From the NCBI GenBank assembly GCA_965220875.1, contig OZ244849.1, forward strand, positions 1,562,979 to 1,626,978: a DNA stretch of 64,000 bases, written 5' to 3'. The notes below the pieces were generated by a model. That model searched no databases. It had not been told where the DNA came from and was given only the letters and a program-made list of their open reading frames with translations. Positions 58,706 to 64,000 of the stretch are shown here, one piece after another (positions within the stretch are counted from its first letter, which is position 1; the number at the start of each line of letters is the position of its first letter). This stretch comes from Gammaproteobacteria bacterium (GTDB lineage: Bacteria; Pseudomonadota; Gammaproteobacteria; UBA4575). The position numbers and the translations under genes are program-made.

Positions 58706-59950
58706 ATGGTATCCCGGCGACGCGTTGTAGTAACAGGTTTGGGAATTGTATCTCCGGTCGGGTCCGCGACCGATCGGGCATGGGCGAACATCACTGCAGG
58801 CAAGAGCGGAATTTCCAGGATTGACTGTTTTGATGCGAGTGCGTTTTCTGTTCAGATCGCAGGTCAAACCAGGGATTTCAATGCTGATGACTATCTGTCG
58901 AAGAAAGATCAGCGCAAGATGGACCCCTTCATACATTACGGAATCGGAGCTGCTGTACAGGCCATCGAGGATTCCGGCTTTGATGTCACTGAAGAGAAGG
59001 CCGAACGCATAGGGGTAGCGATTGGCAGTGGCATAGGCGGTTTGCCCGGTATCGAGAAAAGCAACGAAGCTTACCTGAAATCCGGGCCCAAGAGGGTCTC
59101 GCCATTCTTCGTGCCCAGCAATATCATCAATATGGTTTCGGGCAACCTGTCCATCATGCGCGGTTTTCGTGGACCGAACGTGTCCATTGTCTCGGCATGT
59201 TCGACGGGCACCCACAATATCGGCGATGCGGCAAGGATGATTGCATTTGGTGATGCCGACATCATGGTCGCCGGCGGGGCCGAAATGGCCACGTGTCCAC
59301 TGGGAATTGGTGGATTCGCCGCAGCAAGGGCGTTGTGCTCGTCTCACAATGACGATCCGGAAGCGGCCAGCCGCCCGTTCGATCTTGACAGGGACGGATT
59401 TGTACTGGGAGACGGGGCGGGAGTCCTGGTGCTTGAGGAATATGAACTTGCCAGGGCGCGGTCTGCGAGAATTTACTGTGAGCTGGTCGGGTATGGCATG
59501 AATAGCGATGCTTACCACATGACATCCCCTGCCAAGGGTGGAATTGGCGCATCGAGGTGCATGCTGAATGCCTTGAACGATGCCAGACTGGAGGTTACCT
59601 CCGTAGATTACGTCAATGCCCATGGCACTTCCACGCCGGCAGGTGACCTGGCCGAAACCGATGCGATCAAGTGCACCTTTGGCGATCACTCGAAGCAACT
59701 GGCAGTCAGCTCGACCAAATCAATGACCGGCCACCTGCTGGGTGCAGCAGGCGGTGTTGAGGCCCTCTTTACCGTTCTCGCCGTGTACCATGGAATCCTG
59801 CCGCCTACCATCAATTATGACACCCCTGACCCCGGATGCGATCTTGACTATGTACCCAACGAGGCGCGCGTGCAGCCGATCAACGTAGCCATTTCTAATT
59901 CATTTGGCTTCGGAGGAACGAATGCAACCGTTGTGTTTCAAAAAGTCTGA
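58706..59950 (+). CDS. fabF: Beta-ketoacyl-ACP synthase II
   Basis: [33 protein letters not shown]. Confidence 0.97.
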   Translation: MVSRRRVVVTGLGIVSPVGSATDRAWANITAGKSGISRIDCFDASAFSVQIAGQTRDFNADDYLSKKDQRKMDPFIHYGIGAAVQAIEDSGFDVTEEKAERIGVAIGSGIGGLPGIEKSNEAYLKSGPKRVSPFFVPSNIINMVSGNLSIMRGFRGPNVSIVSACSTGTHNIGDAARMIAFGDADIMVAGGAEMATCPLGIGGFAAARALCSSHNDDPEAASRPFDLDRDGFVLGDGAGVLVLEEYELARARSARIYCELVGYGMNSDAYHMTSPAKGGIGASRCMLNALNDARLEVTSVDYVNAHGTSTPAGDLAETDAIKCTFGDHSKQLAVSSTKSMTGHLLGAAGGVEALFTVLAVYHGILPPTINYDTPDPGCDLDYVPNEARVQPINVAISNSFGFGGTNATVVFQKV

Positions 59951-60009
59951 TGGTGGCAATATTCCCAGCAGCAAGCCGTACACCGCCGCCTATTGAATGA
60001 CCCGGTACA

Positions 60010-60834
60010 ATGTGTCCTGACATGCAGACACCTGCTATCCTGGTCAACGGGCAGGCCAATGAGCTTGTTTCAAGTCTGGACCGGGGCCTGCTGTTTGGTG
60101 ACGGGTTATTTGAAACGATCGCGGTCAGGAACGGCACCCCTGCATTCTGGGATGATCATATCCATCGCCTGCAACAAGGGTGCAAGGTACTTCGTTTGGC
60201 ATGCCCTGACTGCAGTCTCCTGCGCACAGAAGTCAACGGGCTTGTGGATGCTGAAGAACAGTGTGTGATCAAGATCATCGTTACGCGCGGTGTGGGTGGA
60301 AGAGGGTATGGCTTTGGCGAGCAGTCACCGACCCGAATCATCCAGAAGTTTCCCTGGCCGGACCATCCGCGTGAATACACTGATGCGGGCATCAACCTCA
60401 CGCTGTGTCGCTTTCGCCTGTCGCAGCAGTCCAGACTGGCCCAGATCAAGCACCTGAATCGTCTCGAGCAGGTGCTTGCCCGAGACGAATGGAAGCATGA
60501 GTACCAGGAGGGATTGGTCTGTGACACCCAGGGAAATGTCATCGAAGCCACTTCCAGCAATGTATTCTTTGAAGTGGATGGACAATTGATCACTCCTGAC
60601 CTTGCCAATTGTGGCGTTGCAGGTATATTGCGCCGGCAGGTGATAGACTACTGCAGTCACCACGGCATTCCCCTTGTAATCAGGAATTTCGGCCTGAATG
60701 ACATGGTCCGAGTCGAGGCGATGTTTGTTTGTAACAGCATCGCGGGCATCTGGCCTGTGAAACGGTTCAATGCAATGCAAGTTACCCGGTCCGTCATTAC
60801 CGAAAGACTGATGTCTGTCTTCAACTACTCGTGA
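60010..60834 (+). CDS. pabC: Aminodeoxychorismate lyase
   Basis: DRGLLFGDGLFET, IKHLNRLEQV, GVAGI. Confidence 0.94.
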   Translation: MCPDMQTPAILVNGQANELVSSLDRGLLFGDGLFETIAVRNGTPAFWDDHIHRLQQGCKVLRLACPDCSLLRTEVNGLVDAEEQCVIKIIVTRGVGGRGYGFGEQSPTRIIQKFPWPDHPREYTDAGINLTLCRFRLSQQSRLAQIKHLNRLEQVLARDEWKHEYQEGLVCDTQGNVIEATSSNVFFEVDGQLITPDLANCGVAGILRRQVIDYCSHHGIPLVIRNFGLNDMVRVEAMFVCNSIAGIWPVKRFNAMQVTRSVITERLMSVFNYS

Positions 60835-61889
60835 CAAGTTCCATGCGTCGTATCAGTTTATCCGTGGGCATCGTGTTAATGGTCCTCATCGTCTTAACGG
60901 TGTACCTGAAAGATTATGCAGACCGGCCACTCTCCGGGGAGTTGAGGGACGTGCACCTGGAGATTGCTCCCGGAATGAGCTTTAAGGGTGTGACAGGCGA
61001 GCTGATTGAACAGGGCATGATCGATGAAGCGTGGACCTGGAGGATATTTGCCAGCCTGAAAGGAGTCACCCACGACATCAAGGCAGGTGAATATTTGCTT
61101 CCTGCCACCCTGACTCCCCGGCAGCTTCTCGGAAAACTGGTTCAGGGAGATACCATACGGTATTCCATCACGATCATCGAAGGCTCAACCTTCAGGCAAC
61201 TGTGGGATGCAGTCAAGAACCATGACAGGATAACCCAGACGCTGGACTCACCCGTCGAGCTGCAAGAAAAACTTGGATTGAGTGAACCCAACCCTGAAGG
61301 ATGGTTTTATCCGGACACCTATCACTTTTCAAGCGGGACCACTGACCTGCAGTTTTTCCAGCGCATGCACAGGTACATGCACAAGGTGCTTGATGAAGAA
61401 TGGACGAACAGGAAAGAGGGACTTCCGGTTGTCACGGCCAAGGAAGCTCTCGTACTGGCCTCCGTCATTGAAAAGGAAACCAGTGTAGACCGGGAACGCA
61501 ACCTGATTGCTGCGGTATTTTCCAACCGCTTGAAACGCGGCATGCGTTTGCAGGCTGACCCTACGGTAATTTACGGCCTGGGCGAGTCATTTGATGGAAA
61601 CATAAGCCGCAGGGACCTTAAAGCAGATACGCCCTATAATACATACATCCGCAAGGGACTCCCTCCCACCCCGATTGCCTTGCCCGGTCGTGCTTCCATT
61701 GCTGCTGCATTGAACCCGGCAAACAGTGCGATGATCTATTTTGTGTCCAAGCGAGACGGCACCCATCATTTTTCCTCCACCTACAAGGAACACCGTGCTG
61801 CGGTGATCAAGTACCAGCTCCGGGGCTGCAAGCAGTGCTATGGAGGGGGCAGCGGGGGCGATAAAGGCGGTCTGAACCGTGACTCCTGA
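60831..61889 (+). CDS. mltG: Endolytic transglycosylase
   Basis: EGWFYPDTY, LASVIEKE, MRLQADPTVIY, GLPPTPI. Confidence 0.96.
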   Translation: MTSSMRRISLSVGIVLMVLIVLTVYLKDYADRPLSGELRDVHLEIAPGMSFKGVTGELIEQGMIDEAWTWRIFASLKGVTHDIKAGEYLLPATLTPRQLLGKLVQGDTIRYSITIIEGSTFRQLWDAVKNHDRITQTLDSPVELQEKLGLSEPNPEGWFYPDTYHFSSGTTDLQFFQRMHRYMHKVLDEEWTNRKEGLPVVTAKEALVLASVIEKETSVDRERNLIAAVFSNRLKRGMRLQADPTVIYGLGESFDGNISRRDLKADTPYNTYIRKGLPPTPIALPGRASIAAALNPANSAMIYFVSKRDGTHHFSSTYKEHRAAVIKYQLRGCKQCYGGGSGGDKGGLNRDS

Positions 61890-62547
61890 TTCCGGAAAGG
61901 AATTGCGGGGGAAATTCATCACCTTTGAGGGCGTAGAAGGTACAGGCAAGACTACCCAGATCGAGTTGTTGCAGAAGCACCTGCATTCGCTGGGCATCCA
62001 ATCGGTGGTTACCCGTGAACCGGGCGGTACCAGGCTGGGAGAACGGCTTCGTGACTTGCTGCTTGAGGCCGCCGTGGTGCCTGTCAGTTACCGCACAGAA
62101 CTCCTGTTGATGTTTTCTGCCCGTGCCCAGCACCTTGAGGAAGTCATCTATCCGGCACTCAAGCTGGGTACCTGGGTATTGAGCGACCGGTTTACCGATG
62201 CAAGCTATGCCTACCAGGGAGGCGGGCGCGGGATTCCTGAGACTTTCATTTACCAGCTGGAATCCCTGGTTCACGGCGGATTCGAGCCGGACCTGACGAT
62301 GTTGCTCACGTCTGACCTGGAGACTGCCATGCAGCGTGTAAGCCAGCGTGGTGACAAGGACCGCTTTGAAAGCGAGTCTGTGGAATTCTTCGAGCGGGTG
62401 CAGCGTGTCTACTCAAGGCGGGCGGAAAATTTTCCGCAGCGCTTTTGCGTGATCGATGCAGAACGGCGCGTGGAAGAGGTTGCAGCGGAAATCCGGCAGT
62501 GCATCAAGTCCAGGTTTCAGCCAAGCGGATCACAAGGGGCATCATGA
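61879..62547 (+). CDS. tmk: Thymidylate kinase
   Basis: FEGVEGTGKTT, TREPGGT, SDRF..AYQG. Confidence 0.97.
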   Translation: MTPDSGKELRGKFITFEGVEGTGKTTQIELLQKHLHSLGIQSVVTREPGGTRLGERLRDLLLEAAVVPVSYRTELLLMFSARAQHLEEVIYPALKLGTWVLSDRFTDASYAYQGGGRGIPETFIYQLESLVHGGFEPDLTMLLTSDLETAMQRVSQRGDKDRFESESVEFFERVQRVYSRRAENFPQRFCVIDAERRVEEVAAEIRQCIKSRFQPSGSQGAS

Positions 62548-63536
62548 TCTATCCCTGGCAGGAAGAAACCTGGCAACGGCTTGTTCAGTATCTTGAGAAC
62601 GGGCGACTGGCACATGCCATACTCGTAACGGGTCCGTCAGCGATCGGCAAGATGGAATTCTGTCTGAGCTATATCCAGCGCATGTACTGTTCGGCACCCA
62701 GGGAAAATCAGCAGCCATGCGGGGTTTGTGAGAACTGCCGCTTGATCAAGGCGGGCACGCATCCTGACGTGCGCCTGGTTGAAACCGCAGAGATTTCCGG
62801 GAAGGTTGAGCCAATCAAGGTAGATGAAATTCGAAAAATCAGCCAGTTTATTTCACTGAGCTGCCGTCAGGGAGCATACAAGTCTGTCTGCATCAACAAG
62901 GCTGACAGAATGAACATCAATGCAGCCAACGCCCTGCTCAAGACACTGGAAGAACCCCCCCCGGGTTCCGTGCTGTTCCTTGTCAGCGACCGTGCTGACA
63001 GGCTGCCGGCGACAGTCAGGAGCCGCTGCCAGACTTGGAAGTGTCCTGTACCTGACGCCAGGCAGGCACTTGCGTGGCTGCAGAGTATGGCGGATAGCCC
63101 CGCGTGGAAGAGCCTGCTGGGCGCCGCTGGAGGAAAACCGCTGCTGGCCTGGGAAATGCATGACAGTGGCCTGGACAAGGTACGTGCAGAAGTTTTCCGG
63201 CACTGGGTCGGGCTGTTACACGACAAGAAATCTGTAACTGAAACTTCAGCGAAAATTCAAAATGAAAGTATCGAAAGAGTAAATTCCTGGCTGCAGGCCT
63301 GGTGTGCTGATCTGATTCGTTGCCATTTCGACAAGAATTCCGACACCATTGAAAATGAAGATTTTCTTGAAGAGCTGAGCCGGCTATCGGAAAGGACGGA
63401 CTTGCACTCGTTGCTGAATTGCATGGACAGGCTTGCAGCGCATCGGCGCATTGCTGAAACCACGCTCAACCGGCGCCTGCAAATTGAGGATCTGCTGCTT
63501 TACTTCAAGCAGTCACTTAAATGCGAGATTCGCTGA
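62544..63536 (+). CDS. holB: DNA polymerase III delta-prime subunit
   Basis: MIYPWQ, CGVCENC..HPD, NALLKTLEEPP, TVRSRC; ATGA overlap with tmk. Confidence 0.95.
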   Translation: MIYPWQEETWQRLVQYLENGRLAHAILVTGPSAIGKMEFCLSYIQRMYCSAPRENQQPCGVCENCRLIKAGTHPDVRLVETAEISGKVEPIKVDEIRKISQFISLSCRQGAYKSVCINKADRMNINAANALLKTLEEPPPGSVLFLVSDRADRLPATVRSRCQTWKCPVPDARQALAWLQSMADSPAWKSLLGAAGGKPLLAWEMHDSGLDKVRAEVFRHWVGLLHDKKSVTETSAKIQNESIERVNSWLQAWCADLIRCHFDKNSDTIENEDFLEELSRLSERTDLHSLLNCMDRLAAHRRIAETTLNRRLQIEDLLLYFKQSLKCEIR

Positions 63537-63695
63537 GGTGGAAACCCGTATGCCAGGCATGAGAACACGTATCCGCTTTCCAGGGACACACTGAGCGGAA
63601 CGGGAAACAGGCACTCAGGCAACCTAGAATTTTATGATGTTCAATACGGTTCTTTTATATAATGTACGAAAGGCATACAGACTGAACCCGGGCAA

Positions 63696-64000
63696 ATGAA
63701 AAAAGGCAAGACATCGTCAGCGGATGGAGCACTGATCAACAGCGAAAGCGTATCGTACGTCGAGTCCCTTCAAGCTGAGAATCAGGCCGGACCCGGGGCA
63801 GATTCCTCCCTCAGGCAACAGGTTCACAAGCCCGCCCGCGCACAATCCGATGCGTCTGGCAAGCCTGGGACTGCACACGACACCGGGTTCCCGCCCTTTA
63901 GCGAATCACCCGCACTGGACGATCAGGAACAGGTGGATGCATTGCGCCTGGTCGATGCCGTGGAGCGCATGACCGAACAAAGGGACAGGCTGAACAGGAA
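63696..64000 (+). CDS. Hypothetical protein, 3' truncated by window
   Basis: Open frame MKKGKTSSADG... running off the edge; no family recognised. Confidence 0.45.
   Translation, partial: MKKGKTSSADGALINSESVSYVESLQAENQAGPGADSSLRQQVHKPARAQSDASGKPGTAHDTGFPPFSESPALDDQEQVDALRLVDAVERMTEQRDRLNR

Noticed and set aside
58598-59698. 366-aa minus-strand ORF
   Set aside because: Antisense shadow of fabF
1-64000. CRISPR array, prophage or defence system
   Set aside because: No regularly spaced repeats, cas, phage structural, restriction or toxin-antitoxin genes recognised

Overview
Chromosomal window from a gammaproteobacterium. It opens with alaS (3' end)-lysC-csrA. An approximately 18.5 kb mosaic accessory region follows: amt, a LysR regulator, two orphan ABC binding proteins, an outer-membrane barrel, a TonB/FecCD-type uptake operon with a methyltransferase, a Zur-box-led COG0523/WD40 operon and IS scars. 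This region ends at a tRNA-Ser(GCT) that is inverted relative to csrA. Two near-identical tRNA-Arg genes (anticodons ACG and the unusual TCG) bracket a TonB receptor, a truncated msrP, two tandem small membrane proteins and intact msrPQ. Next is a minus-strand block: GlnT/GmaS-type ligase, then ureE-ureF-fused ureAB-ureC-ureG-ureD. This UreC keeps all nickel ligands but is remodelled at the two positions that bind the distal urea nitrogen. The block is the best candidate here for an undescribed system, hypothetically a urease for an N-methylated urea or amide coupled to methylamine capture. From about 35 kb onward the window is core genome (lolC/E-lolD-msbA-lpxK-ycaR-kdsB, Gld-like ABC, purB, fumC, acnA, hflD, mnmA, nudJ, clpSA, infA, fabD-fabG-acpP-fabF-pabC-mltG-tmk-holB). 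All family calls come from motif recognition by eye; no searches were run.
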